From: Eledone cirrhosa
Lineage: Eukaryota
Direction: 5' to 3'
Assembly (NCBI GenBank): GCA_964016885.1
Contig: OZ024741.1
Coordinates: 143,592,001 to 143,656,000, forward strand
DNA: 64,000 bases
Shown here in pieces: positions 16,790-29,872 of the stretch (positions are counted from its first letter, which is position 1; the number at the start of each line of letters is the position of its first letter). Both the position numbers and the translations under genes were made by a program. The notes below the pieces were generated by a model, which was not told the origin of the DNA, ran no database searches, and saw nothing but the letters and a program-made list of their open reading frames with translations.

Positions 16790-18475
16790 AAAGAGTCATT
16801 GTATAACTGATTAGGGATTGAATTAACCTAGATGAGATGCATATTGGATTTATGCCAAGAAAAAGTACCACCAATGCCCTCTTATGAGGCAACAGCAGAA
16901 GTATCTAGCTAAAAGCAAACTCCTCTACTTAGCATTTGTTGACCTAACCTAAAGAAAGCTTTTGACGGTCTCTAGTTCTGTAATCTGGTAGGCACTTAGG
17001 AAACTAGAAGTAGAAGAGTGGCTGATGAAGGTGGTACAAGCCATATACAGAGGTGCTGTCAGCTAGGTTAAAATTAATAATTACTATAGTCAGGAGTTTT
17101 GTGTGCAAGTTGGGGTCCACCAAGACTGTCCTTAGCCCTTTCCTGTTTATTATTGGCTTCCAGGCTATAACAAGATGCCCATAGGAACTGTATGATCTAA
17201 CTCTCATAGCTGAATCTAAGACAGAACTAGAAAAATTCCTGACCTGGAATCAAAAGATCTTGAAGTCAACATGGCAAAGACCAAAGTTCTAGTAAGTAGT
17301 AAGGAAAATAAGGTCCTGATCCCTTCTGGAAAATAGCCCTGCTTAGTGTGTAGGAAAAGTGTGGGTAGAAATTCTATCCTCTGTCCAAAATACAAGCTAT
17401 GGGTACACAAGAGCAAGAGATGTAGTGAGATCTCGGGTTAGTTAGCTAAGAACAAAGAACATGTGGCCGTAGCACAGGAGCAGTAACAAACACACAGGAA
17501 ACAAGTGCTATCAAATCTTGGAAGGTTACATAGAAACAGTTGATGGCTTCTGTTAGCTGGGTGACCAAATTAGCAGTGGAGGTAGGTGTGCTAAAAGTAC
17601 AGTAGCTAGAATGAGATGGAACAAGTTAAAGGAGCTGCTAGCTACAAACGTTTTTTTCCTCAAAATGAAGGGCAGAATGTTACATGGTACTGGGTGCTGT
17701 GTGCAGAGAATTTGCAAAGATTGGAAAGAAATGAAGCTGGTATGCTGCAAATGATGTGTAATATACATAAATGGCAAAGCATAATGAACTGAGAGAAAAA
17801 TTGAGCATAAGAGGGATCAGATGCAGTGTGCAGGAGAGGATATATTGGTATGGACATGTGATGCATATGAAGGATGACAGCTGTATAAAAAGGTGCAGGG
17901 TGCTCAAAGATGATGGAAGATTTGGGATGAGATCATAAGAGCTGACCTTGCACAATTACACCACTCAAAAGATTGAGATCTCTGGCGTTATGCAGTAATA
18001 CAGAAGAATTGCCTTTCTGTGTGCACAGGTTGATGCATACATCTAGTATGCATCAATTTCTATTACCTCCTATGTCCTAACACTCCATCCTTCATCAGAC
18101 AAGTGCCCCACCCTAGATCTACCTCTCCAATCCCCATGTACATCCCCCAGTCGTTTTTGGTGACATGACAAATACCACTCAGTCCACTGTAAAGTGGTGA
18201 TGTTGGTGATACAACAAAAAGCACCCAGCCTACACTGTAAAGTGGCCAGTCCATACTGTAAAGTAGTTGTATAGGTATCATGATAAAAAGCACCCAGTCC
18301 ATTCTGTAAATATGGTTGGCGTTAGGAGGGGCATCCAACCATAGAAACCAAGCCCAAATCAGTTCTGTATGAGCAAAATATAGTCATCTGATCTGGCTTA
18401 TCTTGCAACAGGAAAACTTGTCTAACGCATGCTAGCATGGCAAAATGGACGTCAAATGGTGGTGATGATGATGGC
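16790..18475 (+). mobile_element. 5'-truncated RTE-clade LINE (RT remnant, 3' UTR, GAT tail)
   Basis: Broken RT motifs (QKYLAKSKLLYLAFVD...KAFD; GVHQ..VLSP.LFI; WYGHVM); homologous to 43215-44860 and 58777-59685. Confidence 0.85.
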
Positions 18476-18789
18476 AATGGGCAGTGTTTCTGCCTTTTTA
18501 TTTATTTGTTTATTAATGAAGACATTTGTGGAATAATTGTAAAACAGCTTCAAATATTATCCGGCTTTTTTCCTCAATGATCAACAGTCTTTCACAACTG
18601 ACCTCTTTTCAAACATCACCTTTTATGACTGATTAGTCCTATGTGCACACAACATGATTTTTTTTACAACACCCACAATAGAGCAATGTTGAGGCAACAG
18701 GGTCTACCAATGTGGGAATTTCTGTCTTTTTCTTGCATTAACAACATGCTAGGTATACACATTTTCAAATACTTTGGCTCCTGTATGTA

Positions 18790-19190
18790 CAAATGCTCCC
18801 CAGTTTTTGCAGTCCTTTGCTGACTATCACAATTTCCCGTCATCAATACAAAACTCTTTCAGGGTAGTTTTACATTGGTCTTTGAAGTGTAGTTAGGACA
18901 CCCTATGCTCCTTTTTTATCTGCTAGTTTTCCATACAGCACTTGCTTGGGAATTCTTGGTTCTTCAATTTGAGAGGTATGACCAAGCCCTCTCAGTTGTC
19001 TGGATCTAAGAATAGGATAGAGTAATTAAACATCAGCTCTCCAGAGCACTTCTGTATCAGGGATTTGACGTTGAGGATCTTTCTCAAACAGCACACATGA
19101 AAACTGTTCAGTCTTTTTTCTTGAATTGAGTACATTGTCAAAGTCTCACTTCCATAAAGAAAAGTTGAAAGGATACATCTGGTAGGTCAT
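18790..19190 (-). mobile_element. Degenerate RTE-type LINE C-terminal fragment (second family)
   Basis: Minus strand has remnants of QLRxLGH, LYGKL and FKDQCK with frameshifts. Confidence 0.55.
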
Positions 19191-19459
19191 TATTTTGTTT
19201 TAAACAAATGGCAAATGCTTAATGTTTGTTATTAGATAGAAGCCTGAAGTGTGATCTAAATGCTTTTGATAAGGGATTTAGTGTAGAGGGTTAAAATGAA
19301 ATAGCTTGAATTTGTTGTCAAAACAATGTTTTAAGTCTTGTCTTGTCTTGTTGGTGTAATTTTCTTACTAAATATATTTTTACTTGTTCCAAGTTGTCCA
19401 ATTTTCATATGTGAGTGGCTATTATAAATTGAATTAATTAATAGAATTTAGTTAACTAG

Positions 19460-19752
19460 AGCTTTGCCAGTATAGACTTCCCCGATAACAGACTAATATA
19501 AATAAGACAATAATATAATCCTAATTTATTTCAAATTATGATTAGTGTTAGGTTTATCTAAACTAATATATTCCAAATTAGCATTAGGGTTAATTTATAT
19601 TTTCTGTTTGTGTGGCTGTCAGCCTGGAGTCAATTACAGGAAACTGATTGAATTAACTCTAACCCTAAATTGGAATAAATTAATTTGGATTATATTATTG
19701 CCTTATTCATAATAATTTGTTGTGATAGGGTAGGGCTATTTGGTAGAAGCTG
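19460..19752. mobile_element. Imperfect fold-back/MITE-like element with TTAGGG-like motifs
   Basis: Ends are approximate reverse complements (AGCTTTGCCA...TGGTAGAAGCT; CAATAATATAATCC/GGATTATATTATTG). Confidence 0.5.
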
Positions 19753-20026
19753 GTCACTTCCCATCCTCATTGCTGAGGGTCGAGGATCATGGACAATTAA
19801 TGAAAAATTTCAAGGTATTTACTAAAATTATTAATTATTTCTTTACTAAGATAGTAACTTAATGTGAGGTTCTTATGTAAAATGATGTTGAAAGATTTTA
19901 ATTTAAATTGGAAACCTTTAAAATAGGTGGTTATATTTTATAGAACCAGAGCCAGTTTTGGCCAAGCTGGTAACTAACCAATGTCTTTCCCCTAATTAAA
20001 AAGACGGCAGTGTGTTAATTGGTGTG

Positions 20027-20190
20027 AAGGTGTATAGCTTAGTGGTTAGCGTGTTGGAATCATGATCATAAGATCATGGGTTTCATATTCAGATCAGACT
20101 GGGCAGTGCAATATCCTTGAGCAAGGCACTTCATGTCATGTTTCCCCCATCCCACCCCAATTCACTCAGCTGAAAAAATGAGTACCAGTA
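20027..20190 (+). mobile_element. tRNA-derived SINE with CCTTGAGCAAGGCACTT core
   Basis: Head TAGCTTAGTGGTTAG; core shared with the composite SINE. Confidence 0.7.
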
Positions 20191-20629
20191 GCAGAAGTTA
20201 GTGATTAACATTCAGATAGACTGGTGTCCTATCTAAGAAAGAGTCTTGTACTTTTAGTCACTTAACACCTCATGAGGTTAGGATAAACTCTGGTCTGATG
20301 AGTTTCTAGGCTCGAGATAAGACGTGAAATAAAGGAGATTTAACTTATTTCTAACAGATCAAGCTATCATGTAGAGGCTTCCTTGCTGGTTGTTATTTAC
20401 CTTTTTTCCTTTTTTTTTTTTACTGTTTTCATCAGGGAAGGAAAGGCAGTGCCTTTTTCATTTCTAAGGGCCCCAGAGACTGGTAGGAGAGAAGGGATTA
20501 GGGGTTAGTGTTAGGGTTAATTCATGTCTTCTTGTATAGCTGTAAATTTGGAAGTAGTTATAGTAAACTGATCGAATTAACCCAAACCCTAAACTCTAAC
20601 TCTAACTGTAACCAAGATATATATACACA

Positions 20630-21790
20630 AGAGACAGAGAAGCACCCAAGGCAAGTGCTTCCTTAAAATGCCACACCTGGGCAAGAATACCACCAAGGCT
20701 ATATGGAGGGAGGGCCTCGACATCCACCTGGCCCACTCGGACCCCTCCCTGTGAAGATGCCTCTCCAGGAAACCCGGGAAATCAACTGACGCATGCTCCC
20801 TCAGAGACTGCCCGATGCGCCATGCGAACTGTTGCCTACGCACATACGTCGTGTATAAGATAGAATGTAACAAGTGCAACCAATACTATATAGGTAGCAC
20901 AATCCGGCCGTTGCACATCCGGATCAAGGAACACACTAAAACCAGGACCTCGTCTTTCCGGAAACACATAGCCAAATGCGGAAACAAAGACGGAAGGCCC
21001 ATTATCACAATTCTAGCGACAGAAAGAAACGTTGGCACATTACGTATCAAGGAAGCACTTTGGATCAAATGCCTAGAGCCACAACTAAACAACCGATCCG
21101 AGAGAAGCGAAATGAAGTGGTTGGTTTAAGTTAACAAACGATGCAGCAACACACACACACACACACACACAAGCGAGACAGCAACACACGCACACACACA
21201 CACACAGTAGCATTCCACCATACGAACATACTACACTGACAATACAGAGGAACAAGGCAACAACACACGCACACACACACACACTCAAGTGAGACAACAA
21301 CACACGCACACACACAGTAACATTCACCAAACAGGCAGAGAATGGACTGACAGCTAGCGCCACCCTACTCCTACAATTGAAAGAACTACTTCAGCCGCTG
21401 ACCTCTGCCTGACCGACCCCATTTCATGCGCACGCGCGCTCTGCTGAATACCTCAGATATTCAGAACAACGAACAGCGGAGGACACGTTTCGCACCTTTC
21501 CGACAGACAAACCCCCTCCCCGGAAAAAAAGCTCAGTTGATGGATGTGAATCCGAAATATATAGGGACAATTAAATCTCTCCCAAGGTAACTCTTTCTCG
21601 TGTTGTTATTTTTATTTTTTATCCTTTACAATCTTTCCTTCATTCCTCTACACGTTACAGTCTTATACACGCCACGCATCTCAATGTACACCCACTTATA
21701 TCTCTCTCTCCACCACCGGATCTTGTTACCCGGAGATTTACCCATCTGCATTGTCGAGGCTTCCAAACGACTTAAAGAAATTTACCATAT
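20630..21790 (+). mobile_element. Penelope-like element 3' fragment (GIY-YIG endonuclease plus pseudo-LTR)
   Basis: ORF 20815..21129 has VVYKIECNKCNQYYIGSTIRPLHIRIKEH...IKEALWIK..PQLN, the Penelope GIY-YIG signature; a decayed hammerhead-like motif lies near 21533-21568. Confidence 0.85.
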
Positions 21791-22460
21791 ATATATATAT
21801 ACATACACACACAAACAAACAACAGCAAACATCACCATATTCTTTTCATTCGTTCGCATGTTACACTTTAATTAGTTAGAGGATGAGGTGGAGTGAGTGG
21901 AAGGTTGAGTACTATTTTCTTCTCTGTATATAGAGAGTGTGACGGACAGACAGACATGGTTCTTACAGTATAGATTATTACTATTATCATTCATCAACAT
22001 ATTTTTTTTATACAGCGCCTTGTTAGCAAAGCATTATAACACAGGATTATACTTTCACAGGAACCACCGCATGGAGGTGAGATTGACTTGTCACCTGTGA
22101 ATGCTTATAGTGTGTATATGAAACAATGTCTTCCTGGAATATACATATAAGTTAATTAGAAGCGGCACTAACATAGCATGGTTCATCATATGAAAGCATA
22201 TGTGACATGTTTATGTATAATAAACACACCAGAGTCTCGTTATGAATTTTTTAAAAGCTGTGATCATGTCACAGCTATCTGAATTGCCAGTGAGAATGCC
22301 AGACAGTTGTTGCTGTATTTTTATCTGTCATTGATAACATTGACTCACTCGTTATGGCTGTTACATTTGAACCATCAGCTGGCAATGCTCATTTGCATAT
22401 GCCGAAAATAAAACATGTAAATGTTTATTTGCATATAGTGCAAACTTGACTGGTTAGAAT

Positions 22461-22637
22461 CAGTGCCGGATTTAGGACAAATGAGGCCCTTTGCTATTTA
22501 ATTTATGAGGCCCCTTACTTGGGCCCTGAAGGAAGTAATTAATCATAAACATTTTTGGGGGCAGGAAGAATGGCTTCCCCTGGCCAATGGGGCCCTGTGC
22601 TTAAGCACAGCTAAGCACAACGGTAAATCCAGCATTG
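22461..22637. mobile_element. hAT-type MITE
   Basis: TIRs CAGTGCCGGATTTA / TAAATCCAGCATTG; 8-bp TSD GTTAGAAT at 22453-22460 and 22638-22645. Confidence 0.85.
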
Positions 22638-23875
22638 GTTAGAATATACATATAAGGGAATATTTATTTCACAATTTCGTTTTTTTGTTTTTCTTCTCAA
22701 ATCACGGATCTCTTTAGCACTACATTCGTAATGTTAGCCTGAGTAATGTTATAAAATGTTTTTACCAAATGATAAACGAATTGTTTTAATATGTAGTGAC
22801 CTACATTCCGCAGGCTCATATACATTCTCCGTGCGTTATTTGGCTCAGCCCAGCCAATGACCGCCAGTGAAGGAGAATGTATCTCTACACGCCCTGAGGG
22901 GAAAATTCCCGCGTCGGCTCGGAAGACCTGTCTCTTGCAGCCCAACAACACTAAGATAAACAACTGCTTTTCTTTCGCCATGTAATCACTGGCCAATATG
23001 TAACACAACAATTTAACCATGGCTTGGCAACACTTCAGCCAGTAGACCGTGCCTTCTGAAAATCTTAATTCGTTTGTTTTATTTCTCTTGGCATGCTTGC
23101 GCTACTCAGCTCTACTCAACTCAACCTTTGTTAATAAATAATGTAAAACATGCCAAAGTCGTTGTCGATATTCCTATCCTATCTTTCTACCAAACTGGTT
23201 ACTCATGGTGTTATAACTATTACATTACTACTTCTATAACTCTGCTGCTAAACTGGTGATTATAATAAGACTACTACATCTATATAATACTGCTAAAATG
23301 TTGACCTTCGATGCAGGAGAATTTAAGTATGAAATGCTCCTTTAAAACATATACATCAACCACACGTTCCTGTTAAAAATACTTCGCACACACACAAAAA
23401 AAAAATTATCTCAGCAATAAGACAACATGATTTCTCTAACCACTTTCAATTCCATTGCTGATAGTTAAAAAGATAGTTTATATAATTGAATAAACTATTA
23501 GGTTTTAAGGTCACAGTCAACTACTGGAGGTCAGATAAAAAGGGTTCAAGTACTTTAAAAACATGAGACGGATCACTTCTTAATCTATAAACTGATTTTT
23601 TTGTTGAATTTTAATCTCAACCAATCTCAAGGGTGGTAGTGGTGGTGGCATTAGTTGTTGTTGGCAATAGTGATGGTAGTAGTAGTAGTTGTTTGACTAC
23701 AGGTCAGCTCTGATAGAACAAACCTATGACCAAAGATATCCCAGTCACGAACATAGAGCTTTTTTTCTTTTTTGCCTTTTTAGGCCCTTCAGACATATTT
23801 GACAAATATCTTATAATGCTCATATGAGATATGTGCAGTATCTTTGCGGAGTTATCTGGATTATTATTTTTTTTA

Positions 23876-24097
23876 TTAACCCTTTAGCATTTACATTACT
23901 CTATATATACTATTATATTTTCATGGTAAAGGCTTTACCTCACATAATTATCTCACATAATATCGAATCTATGCGATTTTGAAAGTATTTATTTTGACAA
24001 TACCTTAACATCAGTTTGAGTGACTGGTTACAACCAGTTTCAACAGAAAGGGATAGAGAATTCTGGCCGGTTTGGGCCGGTTTGAACATTAAAGTTG
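23876..24097. mobile_element. MITE with TTAA-CCCTTTAGCATTTA terminus (piggyBac-like ends)
   Basis: Same family as 54445-54985, opposite orientation; right end is decayed. Confidence 0.55.
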
Positions 24098-25217
24098 CGA
24101 TTTGATCATTATCAACAACTTTAGGACTTCCTGCACATGTACGGTCTTCGTGTTATAATCATATATATATATATAGATAGGTTCATGTGTATGTGTGTGT
24201 GTGTGTGAGAGAGAGAGAGAATAATCAGTGTTTGTTTTATACACCTTTGCATATAAGAAAAAGAAAAGATTAAATGGCGAAATTAATAGAAAGGGAGCAG
24301 CAGACTCTATTTGTCTAAGCAGTATATTCTAGGTGGTGCATCCTATGGATAAAATGGCGAAGATGTTGCCATGGAGAACAGCCAGTGAGACCCGCTGTAT
24401 CAGCCACACGTCCTCATGGGGATCCTTCCTCAGGTGTTCCTAACTTTGAGGAGGAAAAACGGCAGTTCGGGGACCGAGGACACCAGAGGTCTCGACGGCA
24501 ACTGACACGTAAAGCAGTCAATCAAATCCTGGTATTTAACCATCGTCTTCCCAACATTATGGGTGGCAGTGCCGGGGTTTGTTACTGAAATGACAGGCTT
24601 GGGGGCAGAGGACGTGTCGTAGCAGGTGGTGTCACAGATTAGAGATTTACTTCCTTCAGTTGAGAAGAGGGTTAACTCTTTTGGGTGCTTGTCATCACCA
24701 CAGTCAAAGCTGGCAGGCTCCAGCTATCATGGGAAATCATTGAAGTTAATTACCTGTCTCCCACATCTTTATATTTTAACTTTCCATATTCACAGTATCA
24801 TTAGAACAAAGTATCATTTGATATCATTTATTTATCTCATTCTTTTATTTTGGCAATTATCTAAAAAAAGAAGGTGAAATTGTGTATTGGCTAATAGAAT
24901 GTTGAATCTTGGCGACCTTGTGTTAGAATCTCTGACACAATACCTTGCTGTATTTAGTTACTGGCTCTTTAAGGTTCTGAGTTTCACTTCTGCAAAAAGT
25001 CAACTATGCCTTTCATCCTTCTAGGGTTGAAACCTGTCAAGTACTGGAGTGAATTTAATCAACTGATACTGGTGTTTGATAAAATCTCCAAGCAAGTGAC
25101 CATTGCTTAGTATCTTGAATGAATCATCTTGATGCTGCTTGCCCTTTAAAGGTGCCTGAGTCTGTAAGACTCCATTTCCCATAGCAAGGAGCAGCAAAAC
25201 CCAGTATTATTATCTTT

Positions 25218-25287
25218 ACGGGGTCGATAAAATAAAGTACCAGTAATGAACTGGGTAATTGCTGGCCTTGTGCCTAAAGTAGAAACA
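25218..25287 (+). mobile_element. 5'-truncated tRNA-SINE (Nin/Deu-like core family)
   Basis: GGGGTCGATAAAATAAAGTACCAG...GGCCTTGTGCCTAAAGTAGAAAC; TSD ATTATTATCTTT at 25206-25217 and 25288-25299. Older copies lie at ~15680-15830, 24900-25060 and 25300-25530. Confidence 0.85.
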
Positions 25288-26269
25288 ATTATTATCTTTC
25301 AGTGGAGCTAGGCAATGGATTGGAAGAGTCGATAGAGTGTTTAGTTAAGGTCATTTATGTTCTGAGTTCAAATTCTGCAGAGTTTAACTTTGCCTTTCAT
25401 CCTTCTGGGGCCGATAAAATAAAATACCAACCACATAGTAGGGTGGTTGTAATCAAGACCTCACGCCCACCACCATCTGCAAAAAAAAAAAAAAAAAAAA
25501 TTGTTGGCTTTGTGCCCAAATCAGAAATCATTACCTTTCAATGCAACAATTTTACACAAATTTGCGGAATAACTCGGTGCAAGCATAGCTGTATGGATAT
25601 CGAGTTCACTTTGCAACTGCATGATTTCTGATTTATGATACCCTGAGTATATATATATATGTATGTATGCATGTATGTATGGTACATAAAGATGTGGAAA
25701 GCACAACTCTCTTCTGTCACCTGAGTCATAAACCATGCAGATCTACAGCTGACCTAAAAGTCATGGATTCATATGGGATGACAACGAAGAATCAATAAAA
25801 GATGGCAATCATCTGTGAAGACACTGCAATCCTCATGTACGTATGTATATATATATATATGTATGTAAGTATGTGTGTGTGCATGCGTGTGTATGTGTGT
25901 ATGCATGTGTATGTGTGGTGGGTTGTGGTGGTGGAGAGGTGTAGCGAAATCTCAATGAGATTGTTCCCATGTTTTCAAATAGTGATTCCTTAGAGCCTGC
26001 ATCGTTGTTGTTTCAATTTACTGACTCTGTTTAAAAGAAAAGGTCATCTGTTTAATGTTTCTGGGATGCAGTCATTATAAATATAAGAAATTTTGATGCC
26101 AGAGAGTAATTGATTATGGCTGGAATGGATTTGATCATAGATTTGCTTGATCAAATCTGACCCGGTCATAAACGACGACGACAACAACAGCAACATCAAT
26201 TATCTACAATTGTTATCAGTAGATAATCAGTACACATGTACTTCTCAGTCAAATAATTAACTTATAATA

Positions 26270-26696
26270 TTATGGATACATTGAAGCTCCGATGTCTGGC
26301 AACTGACTTGGTAAACATCCACAAAATTATTAACCATCTTGCCAACAACAACTTTTGATTTCCATGTGTCTAACAGACGTGGGCATGCCTACAAAGTCAG
26401 AAAACAGCACAGCTCCCATGGCTTTCGGAAACATTTTTTCACGCTCAGAGTTGCTGAAGTATGGAACAAACTGCCTGCATCACCTGTTAGTTACCAAGAC
26501 ACTGCATCCTTTAAAACCTCCATGCTTCCTGAAATTCGCCAACACTATACCTGATATGCCTCCTCCGTACACATTCACACATGTATATCATGATTCATAC
26601 ACTGTTCATTTTCCTGACATTTGTACATTATTCTATGTACTATACATGCACCTTTGATGAGTTGTAGTGCACCTGAGCACTGTACACAATAATTTC
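26270..26696 (+). mobile_element. CR1-group LINE 3' fragment
   Basis: ORF 26339..26554 has RGHAYKVRKQH...RKHFFTLRVAEVWNKLP, the CR1 ORF2 C-terminal motif, followed by a 3' UTR. Confidence 0.85.
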
Positions 26697-26800
26697 AATC
26701 CCACTGAGGTTAACGTTGCCTTTCATCCTTATGGGGGTTGATAAAATAAAGTACCAGTAATGCACTGGGGTAAATGCTGGCCTTGTGCCAAAAGTAGAAA
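26697..26800 (+). mobile_element. 5'-truncated tRNA-SINE between CR1 and Tx1
   Basis: Core GCCTTTCATCCTT..GGGG.TGATAAAATAAAGTACCAG and tail GGCCTTGTGCCAAAAGTAGAAA. Confidence 0.85.
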
Positions 26801-28656
26801 GGGGGATAACATAGATAATTTCAGGCCCATAACTCTGCTAACCACAGAGTTCAAGATTTTGGCTAAGGTGGTCTGGTGGGAGAGGTGCAGACATATGCCA
26901 TTCCAGACAGATCCATCCACGACAACCTCCACCTCATGCGATACATCGTAGAGAGGGTAGCTAGGGAACCTGGCAATTTAGATCAGTTGAAAGCTTTTGA
27001 TAGAGTCAACCATTGTTATCTGGCGGCAGTCCTGAGGGCGGCTGGCTTTGGGCCCGTCTTCAGAGGCTGGATCGCTGCCATGCACAGCGACATCTGCTCT
27101 GTAGTGAGAGTAAACGGTCACCTTTCGGAACCGTTCAACATCATGCGCTCAGTCAGCCAAGGATGTCCCCTCTCGTTCCTGTTGTACGTATTGACTCTCG
27201 AGCCATTACTGCACAAACTGGAGACCCACGCGAACTGGGATGCGGAAGAACCATGTCAGCATATGCAGATGACGTTACAGTAGTGGTGTGGAATGCCAAA
27301 CACATCGAGGCGATCGCCACCACACTAAGAGAATACAAGGTGGTGACAGGAGCAATGATCAACCTGGAAAAGTGGGTGGGCCTGCAAATCGGCACTTGGA
27401 GAGGCAGGTACATGCCGTCCAACAGTGTTGTCGGGTGCTGGATGGATGGACCAGTTAAATTGCTAGGGGTCTGGTTCGGTCCGCACCTCCAGACGGACAA
27501 AAACTGGGACGAGGTGACGAGCAGGGTGGCTTCTCTCACACAGAAATGGACCGAGAGGAAGCTATACCTGAAAGGTCGAGTGGAGGTGGCGAACGCGTAC
27601 ATCGCGTCTGTCATCTACTACCGCCTGACTGTCGTGCCTTGTCCTAAGCCTTGCCTGACTGCGCTGGAGCATTTCCTCTTTCGCTTTTTGTGGAAGGGAC
27701 GTGCTCCGATGGTCAGACGGTCCATCTGCTATCAACACCCGCTACGTGGAGGGCTGGGCATGCCGTGGCTGATGATGCGCAGACATGCGTTCAGACTACG
27801 GCATCTCCACCTCTTCCTCGACAGTGATCAGGTTTGGTCGCCCTTTGCTAGATGCGTATTTCCCCAGCTCGTCTCCTTGACAGAGCTGCAGTCCTGGGTC
27901 AAGCGAGGACCGAGAGGAAGCGCTTGGAGACTGGAATGTCTTCAGGCGTTTGCAGCCCTTGACCAGTCGGGCAATACGATCGGTGGAAACTCCAATTTGG
28001 CGTTCTATAGAAGGTTAGTGGAGGAAAAGAGCGACGATGTCTTTGGGGAGACTCTGGGCGTCGACGAAAACCAACTAGCCAATTCCTAGCCTGGCACTAC
28101 TACCGAGGAGCCTTGCCAGTTTGGGATAAACTCTACAGGCATGGAAGTGCCATCAGCCGAGCCTGTCTGAGATGCATGCAGGGCGATGAAACCATCCTGT
28201 ATGCACTTGTCCAGTGTCCGAGCATTGCTGACTTGTGGGTGTTGATAGCCTGGTGGCCATGGTAAAAGAGATTGAATGGTGGACATGTCTGAAAGGGTCG
28301 AAGACGGGTATTTTCCTCTTCGGTGACACCCTCATTAACTTTTTCAGGTTTCACCTGAAAAGGAAAATCAGGGTGGAGAGGGAAGTGCTGCCTTCCAGGC
28401 AGTTTGTTGAAAGGTGGGTGAGAGAGGCAAGAATGGCCTGTGTGAATGGGCCTACCTTGAGCACGTGCCTGTAGCATCATAGGAGGAAAACTGGAAGAGG
28501 GCTTTAGCAGTCAGGGAAACCGTGGCTTTTTTGTGGGCTTTCTCCACGAGCGACCCTTGGAGGTCTCCCGCCTATTGGGGAATTTTTCCTTGTTTCTTTT
28601 TTTTTGTCACATACTCTGTTTTTGTTATTTACACGCAGAAATGCCCATTTGTACTG
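26801..28656 (+). mobile_element. Tx1-clade LINE, 5'-truncated, internally deleted (copy A1)
   Basis: RT motifs NFRPITLL, LDQLKAFDRV, QGCPLS and AYADD; C-terminal region and 3' UTR are homologous to copy B; frameshifted. Confidence 0.9.
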
Positions 28657-29590
28657 CCCTGTATTGCTGATCGGTGGAACGTCCACCTTGGTGTTCTATA
28701 GAGGACTAGTGGAGAGGAAGAGTGACGAGGTTCTCGGGGAGACCCTGGGCATCGAAGATGATCAGCTGTTCGCTCTCTTCAAGCGAACTTTCAGCCCGGG
28801 GCCTATGAACAACTTCCAGAAATCCCTGGCCTGGCAGTGCTACTGGGGAGCGTTGCCGGTTCGAAATAAGCTCTGCAAGCATGGAAGTGCCGTCAGCCAA
28901 ACCTGTTCAAGATGCGCACAGAGCCAGGAAACTATTGTGCATGCACTCGTTCAGTATCCGTGCATTGCTGACTTGTGGAGCTATGTCGAAAATTTGCTGT
29001 CACATGTAGGATGGATCAGGTTATTGACTGAGTGCATTGTGCAGATAGTCCCGCCGTCCTCCTTTAAGGAGGAGGAAGGGCAGGAAGTTTTCATCTGCCT
29101 GGTGGCCATGGCAAAAGAGATTGTGTGGTGGACAAGGTTCAAAGGATTGAAGATGGACACTTTCCTTTTTGACAAATCCCTGATTAACTTTTTCAAATTT
29201 CACTTGAAGAGGAAAATCAGGGTGGAGAGACAAGTGCTGTCTTCTAGTAAGTTTGTTGAAAGGTGGGTGAAAGTGGCGAGTCTGGTCCGAGTGAATGGGC
29301 CCGCTCTGAGTATGCGCCTGTAGACTGAGGAGTGGGAAAACTGAGAGAGGGCGTTTGCCCTGGTGGTCAGGGTGGCTGTGGTCTTTTGTGTGGTTTTCGC
29401 CACAAGTGACCCTCGGAAGTTTCCCTCCTATTGGGGAATTTTTGTTTTTTTGAATTTTTTGATATTTCTATCTTCTTGTTATAACCTTTTTTACACAGCC
29501 AAAACCCACTTTGTATCGTCCTGTACTGTTCTGTGCCGTCTCTAATGTTTTTCTTCGTGTTAGCCCTTGTGGCCAATAAAGAAACCATTA
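28657..29590 (+). mobile_element. Tx1-clade LINE 3' fragment (copy A2) with complete 3' end
   Basis: ORF 28604..29323 carries a zf-RVT-type motif (CSRC...ETIVHALVQ); ends GCCCTTGTGGCCAATAAAGAAACC(ATT)n. Confidence 0.9.
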
Positions 29591-29614
29591 TTATTATTAT
29601 TATTGTTATTATTG

Positions 29615-29872
29615 TTCTTTGAGTCTCAGTCATTGATGTTATTTAACTGGAAAGTTTGTTGAAATGAATATCAAGCCACTACCTGCAGCCTCAGATATTC
29701 AGGATGTATCGGAGGGTTCTTGCTGTTCCCAGCAAGCATGCCTTTTGAAGTGTTCCAAAAAGCGGGGCTGGACTAATCTTCTTTAACCATCCTTGGAAAC
29801 TCTTTGAGATAGTACCTAGTGCGCCTATGACAATCGGGACGACCTTGATTTCATGGCAGTTCCAAATCCTTC
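29615..29872 (-). mobile_element. R4/Dong-clade LINE 3' fragment abutting a (TAA)n tract
   Basis: Minus strand 29870-29691 translates RIWNCHEIKVVPIVIGALGTISKSFQGWLKKISPAPLFGTLQKACLLGTARTLRYILNI*, typical of the restriction-like endonuclease C-terminus. Confidence 0.85.

Noticed and set aside
19540-20610. Interstitial telomere (TTAGGG/CCCTAA motifs)
   Set aside because: Only scattered degenerate units inside MITE-like repeats; no array.
24360-24480. HDV-like ribozyme around CACGTCCTCATGG
   Set aside because: I could not form P3 or P1 pairings; more likely a TE UTR fragment.
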